64,000 bases of DNA, taken from the NCBI GenBank assembly GCA_052035095.1, contig JBPOHW010000001.1, positions 44,857-108,856 of the forward strand, in the 5' to 3' direction. Shown one piece after another: positions 9,159 to 18,492 of this stretch. Made by a program: the position numbers and the translations under genes. Numbering within the stretch: the stretch's first letter is position 1; each line of letters begins with the position of its first letter. The stretch is from Candidatus Moraniibacteriota bacterium. GTDB lineage: Bacteria > Patescibacteriota > Minisyncoccia > Moranbacterales > UBA1568. The notes beneath the pieces were generated by a model. That model saw only the letters and a list, made by a program, of their open reading frames with translations. It was not told where the DNA came from and searched no databases.

Positions 9159-10272
9159 GTTCTTTTTGTTTCTTGAGATCCCGTTCGCCGGTCGTGCGGG
9201 AGACAGTGTCTTGTATGATGCCGGCGTAGCAGGCGGAGATGGTCGCCCAATCGAAATGTCGCGCCGTGTAGACCCGCGCCCGTTCGCCAAAAGCTTTTCG
9301 TTCTTCGGGATTCGAGAGGAGGTGCTCTATTTTTTTGCGCCAGTCTTCGACATTTTCCGGCTCGGCAAAAATCCCGTTTTTCCCGTCGGCAAAGGCGTCT
9401 TTGAGACCCTCGAGGCGCGAGACGATGACGGGGATGCCGCAGGATGATGCCTCGATCGGAGTTATGCCGAATCCTTCGACATCGCCCGGAATATGGATAT
9501 TGGGCTGGACGAAAATATCGCAGGTGTTCATCAGAATATCGCGCGCGCGGTCGCTCACATAGCCCAAGAGTTTCACGCGCTCAAAGTTCCGGGTTTCTTC
9601 GATGGCGGAGCGGATATTGTCGCGATCGGGACCGTCTCCTGCAACCACATAGAGCACGGCGTTTGGAAGCGTCGGGAGGACGTTTCGGATAAACCACGCG
9701 ACCCCTTTGCGTCGCGCGAGCCGTCCCGATGTAAGGAGAACTGTAACATCTTTCTTGAGGTCTCCGAGGATGCCTTCGAGATCTTTTCGACTGAAATTGG
9801 GATTGTGGTGTGCCGAGGGGTCAATGCCGTTGGGGACGAATTCGAAATTTTCCTTGGGGATGCCGTGCGCGACGCCGAGCGAGATCGTTTCATTGCCGAC
9901 CGCGATGAGGCGGTCGAGTTTGGGGAGGAAAACGCGTACCCAGAGAAATTGGTAGAGAAAAAACGGATACGTGATGTCGAGTCCGTGAACAACCGAGAGA
10001 ACTGCCTTTTTGGGATAACAAATTTTTGCCGCCCAGCCGATCACCGAGAGGACGCCGTCGCCCAAGAGGATAGCGTCGAATCGTCGGGCGCAGAGGAGTG
10101 TCCGAATGAGCGCGTACGGCAAAAAAAATGGCAGGAATTTCTTCCCGAAACGATTAACGATCGTTGTGACTGCGCCGTGCTTTTTGAGCCACGCCGAAAG
10201 CGCGTAGTTTTGATTCTCGATCCCGCCCACGACCGGCGGATAGGCGCGAGAAATGAAGAGGATGCGGAGCAT
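9151..10272 (-). CDS. glycosyltransferase family 4
   Basis: GT1 domain pattern ...GFGITPIEASSCGIPVIVSRLEGLKD... 373 aa. Confidence 0.8.
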   Translation of the reverse strand: MLRILFISRAYPPVVGGIENQNYALSAWLKKHGAVTTIVNRFGKKFLPFFLPYALIRTLLCARRFDAILLGDGVLSVIGWAAKICYPKKAVLSVVHGLDITYPFFLYQFLWVRVFLPKLDRLIAVGNETISLGVAHGIPKENFEFVPNGIDPSAHHNPNFSRKDLEGILGDLKKDVTVLLTSGRLARRKGVAWFIRNVLPTLPNAVLYVVAGDGPDRDNIRSAIEETRNFERVKLLGYVSDRARDILMNTCDIFVQPNIHIPGDVEGFGITPIEASSCGIPVIVSRLEGLKDAFADGKNGIFAEPENVEDWRKKIEHLLSNPEERKAFGERARVYTARHFDWATISACYAGIIQDTVSRTTGERDLKKQKEHD

Positions 10273-10400
10273 AGCAGTGAGTAGTCAGTAGCGAGTAGTG
10301 AGTAGCGAGTAATTCCGCTTGCATCGCTACGCGAAGCGTTGCGGGCAGGGAGTAAGGAGCGGGTTTGTCCGATTGTTTCCCGATGTATCGGGTTGTTGTC
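10270..10400. repeat. composite simple-repeat module (GAGTAGT/GTAGCGA)n ... (TTGTCAG)n in an intergenic spacer
   Basis: agcagtgagtagtcagtagcgagtagtgagtagcgagta ... gttgttgtcagttgtcagttgtttg. The same modules recur at 25050-25145 inside miaA and at 11700-11730; the complement recurs at 28890-28925. Confidence 0.6.
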
Positions 10401-10405
10401 AGTTG

Positions 10406-11365
10406 TCAGTTGTTTGTTTTTTCGTAGCGCATTTTCTTGGCGAGGTACATTTGTTCTTCAATGAGGCGGCGGTTGGATTTGACCATATCGGCGAGGAGCG
10501 CGAAGACGACGAATTGGAGACCGATCACGAAGGAAAGGGCGGAGAAGAAGAGGTAGTTGCGGTAGGGAGAAATTTTGAAATCCTGGAAATAGAGACCGAG
10601 GAAAACGAGGAAGAGGGCGAGGGCGACGCCGATCAGGGTAAAGCCCGGAATGCCGAAAAATTTCATCGGGCGCACATCGCGGATAGCGCGAACGATAATG
10701 CGCGAACTTTGCCGGATATACCGCGAGATGCTTTTGGTCATTTTTGATTTTCGCTCGGCAAAATACGTGACCGTGACCGGAACCCAGACAATCTTCATTC
10801 CTTTGCCGATCGCGTCGATGATGACTTCCTGGGTATAGGTGAAGTTTTCGAGGAGATTGAGTCGGAGGAGCGCCTCGCGGTTGTAGGCGCGGAAACCGCA
10901 GGTCAAATCCTGTATCGGCGTTTTGAGGAAACCGGAAATGAGGCGCGCGGCGAGGCGATTGAGACTGTCCTTGACGAGGGGTATGTTTTTTGCCTCGTGC
11001 TCTCCAAATCGGTCGGCGCTCACGATGTCGGCCGTGTTTGAGAGAAGGGGAGTAAGGAGCTTCCCGATGTCATGGGGATCAAACTGTCCGTCGGCGTCGA
11101 TGTTCACCATGATGTCGGCGTTCGCTTCAAGCGCCGCCTCGACCGAGGTGCGAAACGCTTTGCCGAGTCCCATATTGCGCGGGTGTGTCACGACGCGATC
11201 AGCGCCAGCTTCTTGCGCGACTCGCCCGGTATGATCGCTTGATCCGTCGTCCACGACATGAACGACAACCTCGCCAACTCCTTCGAACGAACGCGGAATG
11301 CGTCGTATTGTTTCGCCTATTTTCTCCGCCTCATTAAAGGCAGGAATATTGATGACTAATTTCAT
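10406..11365 (-). CDS. GT2 polyprenol-phosphate glycosyltransferase (DPM1/GtrB/ArnC-like) with C-terminal TM anchor
   Basis: INIPAFNEAEKI ... VVDDGSSDHT ... DADGQ motifs and two C-terminal TM helices. Confidence 0.8.
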   Translation of the reverse strand: MKLVINIPAFNEAEKIGETIRRIPRSFEGVGEVVVHVVDDGSSDHTGRVAQEAGADRVVTHPRNMGLGKAFRTSVEAALEANADIMVNIDADGQFDPHDIGKLLTPLLSNTADIVSADRFGEHEAKNIPLVKDSLNRLAARLISGFLKTPIQDLTCGFRAYNREALLRLNLLENFTYTQEVIIDAIGKGMKIVWVPVTVTYFAERKSKMTKSISRYIRQSSRIIVRAIRDVRPMKFFGIPGFTLIGVALALFLVFLGLYFQDFKISPYRNYLFFSALSFVIGLQFVVFALLADMVKSNRRLIEEQMYLAKKMRYEKTNN

Positions 11366-11457
11366 AAAGATGCACATTATCTTATGGCTACAGGTTTTTG
11401 TTGTCTCTTATTCCATCTAAAAGAGACGTAAAATCTTGCGTCTCTACAGGTTACACG

Positions 11458-11688
11458 TTATTTCTTTTTTATGAGTTTCATAAATTCGAAACAGGCGACG
11501 GGGCATTTGGCATTTTCGGCGCCTTCTTTTTGGATGGTTTTTTGGCATTCGATCGCGACGCCGAAACAGCGACTCTGGCTTTTCTTTACATAGTCCCAGT
11601 CTATTTGATAGTCAAAGAAATTCAAAAGGAAACTCCCGATAACCGTGAGCCCGACAATCCAGATGGCGAGACGAATAAGGTGAAACAT
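11458..11688 (-). CDS. small membrane protein with Cys pairs (hypothetical)
   Basis: 76 aa with N-terminal TM, then C...C and CPVAC. Sits between two minus-strand genes. Confidence 0.35.
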   Translation of the reverse strand: MFHLIRLAIWIVGLTVIGSFLLNFFDYQIDWDYVKKSQSRCFGVAIECQKTIQKEGAENAKCPVACFEFMKLIKKK

Positions 11689-11755
11689 ACGAGAGAAGTG
11701 GGTAGTTCGTAGTTTGTAGTGAGTATGCTCGATACTTTCTGCTTGATGCTTACTT

Positions 11756-13048
11756 CTATCTCCCGATTCCTTTGTAGATTATTCCCGATTTTCGAAACAG
11801 GTTTTTGTCAAAGGCGTTTTTGCCGTCGATGAAAACTCGCACCTTGTGTTTTTTGAGCAGGGCGGGGGTAATGGTGTCTTTGAACTCTCGGTGATCGGTC
11901 GCGAGGATAAGGGCGGTGGACTTCTTGAGAAGGGCATCGAGGGATTTCGCGCTTGATCGATCGAGAATATGCGGATCGTACACCTCAACCTTGGCGGAGT
12001 GTTTCTTGAGGTGTTCGATAATCCGGACGGAGGGCGATTCGCGCACATCGTCGATGTTTGCCTTGTAGGCGAGTCCCAAGACGCCGACGGTCGTGCCATT
12101 CATCGGAAGCTTCACCTGATTGAGCGCGTCTTGGAGGAGCTCTACGGTATAGTCCGGCATACCGTTATTGATTTCACGGGCGAGGCGCAGGAACTTGTGG
12201 TCGAAGCCGGCTTTTTTCGCGCGCTCTATCAAATAGTACGGATCGACAGGGATGCAGTGACCGCCCACGCCGCAGGAAGGGAAGTGTGCGAGGAAGGAGA
12301 AGGGTTTGGTCGCGGCGCCACGGATCACGTCTTTCACATCGATACCGAGCGCGTCAAACGAACGCGCAAGCTCGTTTACAAACGCGATATTGATATCGCG
12401 GAAGGAATTTTCAACCACCTTGACCGCCTCCGCCTCGCGGATGGATTTCATCGGGCGGATTTCGCCGTCGACAATGGAGCGGTAAAATGCGAGCGCGCGC
12501 CGGAGTCCGGTCGCGTCGAGGGCGCCGACGACACGGGGGATATTGGTGACGTTCCACACGTCGTCCCCGGGATTGATGCGTTCGGGGCAGTGGGCGAGGA
12601 AGACGTCTTTCCCGATTCTCTGACCCGCGCGTTCAAGAATAGGCACGACGACTTCTTCGGAAACGCCGGGATTGACGGTTGATTCGAGGACAACGAGCGC
12701 GCCTTTTTTGAGGTTGGCGGCGACGGTTTCCATCGCGCCGATAACCGGCGAAAGATCGGGAGCGTACACCTCATCAACCGGTGTCGGAACGCAGACGAGG
12801 ACGATGTCGGCCTTCTTGAGCGACTTCGGATCGGATGATGCGAGAACGGGGTGTTTCGGAAGATTTTCCTCGAGAAAGCGATCTTCAATGGGGCTTTTCC
12901 CTGTGTTGATGCATGCGTTTTTCTTTTCATCCAGATCAAATCCGAATACGTCATATCCGCGTTCTTTGGCACGAACGGCAAGCGGCAGTCCCACGTATCC
13001 CAAACCGACGATGCAGACCGTTTCTTTTTGAAGGGGAGTTTCTTTCAT
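11756..13048 (-). CDS. nucleotide-sugar dehydrogenase (UDP-glucose/GDP-mannose dehydrogenase family)
   Basis: N-terminal Rossmann motif CIVGLGYVGLPLA, catalytic-Cys region, 430 aa. Confidence 0.85.
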   Translation of the reverse strand: MKETPLQKETVCIVGLGYVGLPLAVRAKERGYDVFGFDLDEKKNACINTGKSPIEDRFLEENLPKHPVLASSDPKSLKKADIVLVCVPTPVDEVYAPDLSPVIGAMETVAANLKKGALVVLESTVNPGVSEEVVVPILERAGQRIGKDVFLAHCPERINPGDDVWNVTNIPRVVGALDATGLRRALAFYRSIVDGEIRPMKSIREAEAVKVVENSFRDINIAFVNELARSFDALGIDVKDVIRGAATKPFSFLAHFPSCGVGGHCIPVDPYYLIERAKKAGFDHKFLRLAREINNGMPDYTVELLQDALNQVKLPMNGTTVGVLGLAYKANIDDVRESPSVRIIEHLKKHSAKVEVYDPHILDRSSAKSLDALLKKSTALILATDHREFKDTITPALLKKHKVRVFIDGKNAFDKNLFRKSGIIYKGIGR

Positions 13049-13269
13049 AGGAACAGAGAATTATGAGTAATGATCTATGCCTCCTTATCTTGCATTGTAC
13101 GAAAAAAAGCCGCAAAAGTCGAGGACGAACAAAAGGGAAGTGTTTGGGATAAAAATATCACGTCCGGAATCCTCAAAAGCCGCCGTTGATTCCAGTCTTG
13201 ACAAAATAATGGATTATGCGCTACTATGCGTAGACTCAATTTTATTAACAGGCGTTTCGCCCTCCACTA

Positions 13270-14390
13270 TGAATCAGTCAAAAACAATGACCGCGACGCT
13301 CGTTGCGGGAAAGCGCGCGAAGAATGTCGTGTCTCTGCGAAAAAATCCCGGTTCTCTCGGGGGCTTTTATACGACGGCGTTTCGAAAGTTTCTTCACTCG
13401 GTTTCGCCGCGAGCGCTTGCTATCGCCTCGGCGCGGTATGGCGCGGGTGGTAAAAAACCGATGACGCTTGAGGAAATCGGTCAGACCTATGGCATTACGC
13501 GTGAGCGTGTTCGACAGATCATTTCAGTACTTCTTGAGAATGTTCGCGCAAAGCGGTATCCGGCGGCGCTCGAAGAAGTTTCAAAAAAAATAGAATGGAC
13601 GCTCAAAAAGAGGAGTGGTATACTCGAAAAGGAGGCGTTCTTTTCCGCGATCGCAAAAGATGATGCGAAAGAGCAGGGAGCGGTTCGTTTTTTCTTGGCG
13701 GTGCTGCCCGAGCGTTTTCGAAAGTTTGAAAGTGACGTTCTGGTTCCATCAATCGCGCTCGCGTCGTTTTCGTATGAGGCGTGGCGAACGGTCAATGAGA
13801 ACGCCAAGCACCTCTTTGTCGAAAACGGCGCCTCGCTTGCCGAAGCGGAGCTTCTCAAACGACTCGGAAAAATTCCGGCGCTCAAAGCCTATAGCCAAGA
13901 AACGCTCCTTGATTTTCTTGCCGTGTCTCGAGAGTGCCGAAGGAACCCTTTTGGGCAATGGGGACTTCCCGAATGGAGCGATATTTGCCCGCGGGGAACA
14001 CGAGAACGGGCGTATTTGATTGTCCGAAATGAGAAAAAACCGCTTCACTTCCGGGATATCGCGGTCAAAATCGACCGTTCGGGATTGCAGAAGCCGGGAA
14101 AGACGACCCACCCGCAAACGGTGCACAACGAGCTTATCAAAGACAAGCGCTTCGTGTTGGTGGGGCGAGGAACTTACGCGCTCGTTGAGTGGGGATATCG
14201 GCGCGGAACCGTTCGGGAGGTGATCGAAGAAATTCTTCGCGAACAAAAAAAGCCGATTGATCGCGAAACCTTGATTGCCGAGGTTCTCAAGATTCGAGAT
14301 GTGAAAGAAGCGACGGTTGTGATCAATTTGAACGCGTTTTTTACGCGAGGGAAAGACGGGGCATATACGCTCCCGGAAACAAAAAAATAA
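13270..14390 (+). CDS. DNA-binding protein with sigma-70 region-4-like HTH and C-terminal HARE-HTH-like repeats
   Basis: LEEIGQTYGITRERVRQI is a classic sigma region 4.2 HTH. FVLVGRGTYALVEWGY resembles the HARE-HTH signature of the RNAP delta subunit. Start uncertain; alternatives are 13215 and 13288. A possible TTGACA(13198)/TACTAT(13223) promoter lies upstream. Confidence 0.55.
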
Positions 14391-14444
14391 CAGTATCGTA
14401 TTTGGCGGGATAGCGGTCGGGGGATTTTCAACGAATGATCTCTC

Positions 14445-15743
14445 ATGGGCACCCTTTTTTTCAAAAGTTTGACTGACATGGCGGAGGCGCTCTCCAATAT
14501 CTGGGGCGTTATGGGAGAGGCGTGGTTTGTTGTCCTTCCGCCGACCCTGTATTTTATTTTCAAACTGCTCTGGATGGATCACATCCAGAACCAATATATC
14601 GGAAGCGTCAAAACCGTGCTCCTCGAAATTATCCCGCCGCGCGATATCGAGAAGAGTCCCAAGGTGATGGAGACGATTTTTGACGGTATCGCCGGTGTCG
14701 ACAAAACGCCGACAACGGTAGAAGCCTTTGTTCAGGGGTACCTCCCTCCACTTATCAGTCTCGAGTTGGCGGGTGACGGGGTGACGGGGGGACACATATA
14801 CGTGCGGACACCGGTCGCGTTTCGAAACCTTATCGAGGCGTATTTTTACGCGCAGTATTCGAATGTGGAAATTGTCGAGGTGCCGGATTACGTGGATGAC
14901 ATCCCAAAGGGCGCGCCCAACAAGGAATGGGATCTTTTTGGTGCTGATGTCGAGTTTACCAAGCCGGACCCTTATCCGATCAAGACCTACCACTACTATG
15001 AAGAGGACGTGACCGGTAAAATGATCGATCCTCTGGCGGGACTCCTCGAGACATTCGGGAAACTGCCGCCCGGGCAAAAATTGTGGTTTCAAATGATTAT
15101 CACGCCGCTCAAGCCGACTTTTTACAATACCGGAAAGGAGCTCCTCAATGAAATCATCGGTCGCGCCGTGAAGGCAAAGCCAACCTCGGTTCTTGGGGAC
15201 ATCACTTCCGGTGTCGGGGAAATCGTAACCAATATACCGAAGGCGTTTTTCGGACCGGTTGAATTCGCCACCGCCAAAGAAGAAGAAAAAAAGAAAGACT
15301 TCCTCGAATATCAATTGACGCCGATTGAAAAAGAAGTGGTAAAAGCGCTCGAGGCGAATATCGGACGCAATGTGTTTAGCTGTCGTTTGCGTGTGATCTA
15401 TCTCGGAAAGAAGAAAGGATTTGACAAGTCTTTTGTCTCGTCGTTTTTCGGCGCGCTCAAGCAGTTCAACGATTTCAACTTAAACGGCTTTAAACCGAAT
15501 GACGCGTCGAAAACGTATGCCAATTACTTGTTTACGACTTCTCGTCTCCGGTATCGCCAGCGGAAACTCTTGCGTCGCTACAAATTTCGCGATCCCGATT
15601 CTCCGGTGCCAATGCTCGCTTTGAGTACCGCCGAACTCGCGACGCTTTTCCATATTCCGGATATGAATGTCATTGCGCCGTCACTCACCCGCGTCACATC
15701 CAAACAAGCCTCCGCCCCCGCCAACTTGCCCATACGACCGTAA
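14445..15743 (+). CDS. membrane-anchored protein of unknown function, putative partner of the downstream ATPase
   Basis: One N-terminal TM (AWFVVLPPTLYFIFKLLW) and a roughly 380-aa soluble domain ending ...AELATLFHIPDMNV... Same strand as the ATPase gene, 104 nt upstream of it. Confidence 0.6.
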   Translation: MGTLFFKSLTDMAEALSNIWGVMGEAWFVVLPPTLYFIFKLLWMDHIQNQYIGSVKTVLLEIIPPRDIEKSPKVMETIFDGIAGVDKTPTTVEAFVQGYLPPLISLELAGDGVTGGHIYVRTPVAFRNLIEAYFYAQYSNVEIVEVPDYVDDIPKGAPNKEWDLFGADVEFTKPDPYPIKTYHYYEEDVTGKMIDPLAGLLETFGKLPPGQKLWFQMIITPLKPTFYNTGKELLNEIIGRAVKAKPTSVLGDITSGVGEIVTNIPKAFFGPVEFATAKEEEKKKDFLEYQLTPIEKEVVKALEANIGRNVFSCRLRVIYLGKKKGFDKSFVSSFFGALKQFNDFNLNGFKPNDASKTYANYLFTTSRLRYRQRKLLRRYKFRDPDSPVPMLALSTAELATLFHIPDMNVIAPSLTRVTSKQASAPANLPIRP

Positions 15744-15847
15744 AAATGCAAAAACAATGCAAAAAAGAAAATATGCGGATACGGAAATTTTTGATGTTTA
15801 GTGTTTCATTTTTCATTTTACTTTTTTCATTTTGAATTTCTCCCCCT

Positions 15848-17896
15848 ATGTCCGACGTGACCTATTTTGCAAAAACGAATTTTCGAAACGAGAACCGGGT
15901 GTTCGGCATCAAGGCGGATGATCGCCGCCGGCATATGTATATCATCGGGAAGACGGGTATGGGGAAGACGAACCTCCTCGAGAACCTCGTCATTCAGGAT
16001 ATTCAGCACGGTTACGGCATCGCCTATATCGATCCTCACGGTGACACCGCCGAGAAACTCATCCGCGCCATTCCGCCCTCGCGCGCGAACGATGTCATTT
16101 ATTTCAATCCCTCGGATCAGGATTTCCCCGTCGCCTTCAATGTGATGGAGCACGTCGGACCCGAGTATCGGCATTTGGTCGCGTCGGGTTTGGTCGGCGT
16201 GTTCAAAAAAATATGGGCTGACTCCTGGGGACCGCGACTCGAGTATATTCTGCGAAATGCAATCTTGGCGCTCCTTGAATATCCCGGATCGACGCTTTTG
16301 GGCGTGATGAGAATTTTGGTCGACAAGGAATACCGGAAGCGCGTGCTTGAAAAAGTGACCGATCCGGTGGTACGGTCGTTTTGGGTTGACGAATACACCA
16401 AATGGAACGATCGCGTACTCCAAGAAGTGATCGCGCCGATTCAAAACAAAGTCGGGCAGTTTCTTTCGAGTTCGCTTATTCGCAACATTGTCGGACAGAC
16501 GATTTCTTCGTTTGACGTGCGCGATGTTATGGATAGCGGGAAGATTCTCATTATGAATCTCTCCAAGGGTCGTATCGGCGAAGACAACAGCGCCCTCATC
16601 GGCGCGATGATGATTACCAAGATTCAGCTCGCCGCGATGGGGCGCGTGGATATGCCCGAAGAGGAGCGCAAAGACTTCTATCTCTACGTGGACGAGTTTC
16701 AAAATTTCGCGACGGAGTCGTTTGGAAATATTCTTTCCGAAGCGCGCAAGTATCGATTAAATCTTACGCTTGCCAATCAATATATCTTGCAAATCGAAGA
16801 ACCGGTGCGCGATGCTATCTTCGGCAATACGGGTACGATCATTAGTTTTCGCGTGGGCGCGACAGACGCGGAATTTCTCGAAAAAGAATTCGAACCGATT
16901 TTCTTGGCAACCGATATCGTGAATCTTGAAAAGTACCACATCTATTTGAAACTCATGATTGACGGTATTGCGGGAGACGCCTTCAGCGCGACGACGCTTC
17001 CGCCGATTGAGCTTCCGGAAAGTATGGAGAATGCCGACAAGATCATCCGACTTTCTCGCGAGCGATACGCCGCCAACAAGCAGGACGTCGAAGACAAAAT
17101 TCGTCGGTGGACCGGAATTCTGACCGAGGAAGAACGACAGAGTTTTGAGGAGCGGATGCGTGCGCGCGCCGAAGAGTCGGCTCGCGAAGGTGCCGCCTCA
17201 CCCCCCACTTCAGCCGTACCGATTCCAGCGTCGCCCCAACAATCGCCCCTGCCTTATTCCGTGGCGACGCAAAGATCGGTGCAGAAGCCGCTTGAGCAAC
17301 ATATATGGCATGAAAATAATCGCTCACCCCAGTCATTTCAAAGGCGGGATTCGCAACCATTGGCACCGACCATGGTAGAGAGAATACCGAACGCTCCCAC
17401 TCGTCCAAACGAATTCGTTGTTTCCGGGAAACCGCTTGCTCCGCTTCGCGAGGAAGCGTCGGCGGCGGTGCCAACGGAGGAGCGGGTTTTGTTTCGGTCC
17501 AGGTGCGCCGTTTGTAATATTGAAATCGAAGTTCCGTTTCGTCCGGATGGGAAACGCCCAACCTTCTGTAAAGAACACTTCAGGAGTTTTCAAAAAACGA
17601 TTGCGAAAACACGAACAGATCCCTTTCCCGCGCACACAGCACCTATTTCGTCTCCGCAATTTCGCGCTCCCCGTTTTGATCCGTTGTCGGAGAACCCGGT
17701 ACTGGAGAAGGGTATCGCAACATCCGCACCGCATACGTTTACCCCCAAGGCGTACGCGCCGAAAGACGCGCCGCTTTCTCTCGGGCAAATTCAGCATATC
17801 GCTCCGAAACCTTTCCGACACATTAAGGACGCTATCGATCTCGGCGAAGTGCGAAAGATACTCTCAACAGAGAGAACGGAAAAGAATCACGGGTAA
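15848..17896 (+). CDS. soluble VirD4/TraG/TraD-like (FtsK-HerA superfamily) P-loop ATPase with Pro-rich linker and C-terminal CxxC...CxxH zinc-ribbon-like tail
   Basis: Walker A IIGKTGMGKTN and Walker B YLYVDEFQNF. No TM segments. C-terminal CAVCNIEIEVPFRPDGKRPTFCKEHF. Confidence 0.8.
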   Translation: MSDVTYFAKTNFRNENRVFGIKADDRRRHMYIIGKTGMGKTNLLENLVIQDIQHGYGIAYIDPHGDTAEKLIRAIPPSRANDVIYFNPSDQDFPVAFNVMEHVGPEYRHLVASGLVGVFKKIWADSWGPRLEYILRNAILALLEYPGSTLLGVMRILVDKEYRKRVLEKVTDPVVRSFWVDEYTKWNDRVLQEVIAPIQNKVGQFLSSSLIRNIVGQTISSFDVRDVMDSGKILIMNLSKGRIGEDNSALIGAMMITKIQLAAMGRVDMPEEERKDFYLYVDEFQNFATESFGNILSEARKYRLNLTLANQYILQIEEPVRDAIFGNTGTIISFRVGATDAEFLEKEFEPIFLATDIVNLEKYHIYLKLMIDGIAGDAFSATTLPPIELPESMENADKIIRLSRERYAANKQDVEDKIRRWTGILTEEERQSFEERMRARAEESAREGAASPPTSAVPIPASPQQSPLPYSVATQRSVQKPLEQHIWHENNRSPQSFQRRDSQPLAPTMVERIPNAPTRPNEFVVSGKPLAPLREEASAAVPTEERVLFRSRCAVCNIEIEVPFRPDGKRPTFCKEHFRSFQKTIAKTRTDPFPAHTAPISSPQFRAPRFDPLSENPVLEKGIATSAPHTFTPKAYAPKDAPLSLGQIQHIAPKPFRHIKDAIDLGEVRKILSTERTEKNHG

Positions 17897-17939
17897 AAAG
17901 TGGATTTCGTATCAAACTTTAATTTTTTCAACTCGTTCT

Positions 17940-18059
17940 ATGACGCAATTCAAAAAACGATATCGACGAATGTATGCCGCATGGGTGGTGATTTCCATTC
18001 TCGCAGTGATCTCTATGATTTTCTTTCTTATCGCGCCGATTTTTACCTATCGTCGTTAG
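17940..18059 (+). CDS. possible 39-aa membrane peptide
   Basis: MTQFKKRYRRMYAAWVVISILAVISMIFFLIAPIFTYRR, ending 2 nt before the ftsB-like gene. No RBS. Confidence 0.25.
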   Translation: MTQFKKRYRRMYAAWVVISILAVISMIFFLIAPIFTYRR

Positions 18060-18060
18060 T

Positions 18061-18486
18061 ATGAAAAAAGTATTCGTATTTTTTTTCTCGGGAGGAATTC
18101 TTTTCCTCGGTATTGTTGGGAGTCTTTTTGTCGGATACCGCGCGTACGAGGAGTCCAAACGAAACAAAAGTATACTGGTGGAGATTCAAGCCCTTGAAAG
18201 GGAAGCAAACCAAGTGGATCAAGAAAACAGAAAGCTCCGCGACCGTATCGAGTATCTCCAATCGGACAGTTTCCGAGAACAGGAAGCCAAACGTCTTCTC
18301 GAATACCAAAAGTCCGGAGAGAAGGTTGTTTTTATTCGGGGGCGAACGAAAACTGCCGCCAAGAAGAGCGAGTCGGGCGATTTTCGAGCATCTGTTCCGA
18401 CGGTTCTCGGCGCTACTTCTCCCGAAATGCCGAATCCGATACAATGGTGGTACGAATTTTTCGGTTCAAAAAACAATAATCGCTGA
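18061..18486 (+). CDS. ftsB: septum formation initiator family protein (FtsB/DivIC-like)
   Basis: N-terminal TM, coiled coil, and ...EQEAKRLLEYQKSGEKVV... typical of FtsB/DivIC. Confidence 0.6.
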   Translation: MKKVFVFFFSGGILFLGIVGSLFVGYRAYEESKRNKSILVEIQALEREANQVDQENRKLRDRIEYLQSDSFREQEAKRLLEYQKSGEKVVFIRGRTKTAAKKSESGDFRASVPTVLGATSPEMPNPIQWWYEFFGSKNNNR

Positions 18487-18492
18487 AACGCT

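Noticed and set aside
13749-15314. 521-aa minus-strand ORF
   Set aside because: Antisense to two well-supported plus-strand genes (the HTH protein and the membrane protein). Low-complexity, Arg/Phe-rich product with no motifs.
15827-16702. 291-aa minus-strand ORF
   Set aside because: Lies entirely inside the VirD4-like ATPase gene on the opposite strand. No motifs.
17418-17939. N-terminal part of a 213-aa plus-strand ORF
   Set aside because: Overlaps the 3' end of the ATPase gene in another frame. Extremely Arg-rich. Only the last 39 codons (17940-18059) were kept, as a low-confidence small peptide.
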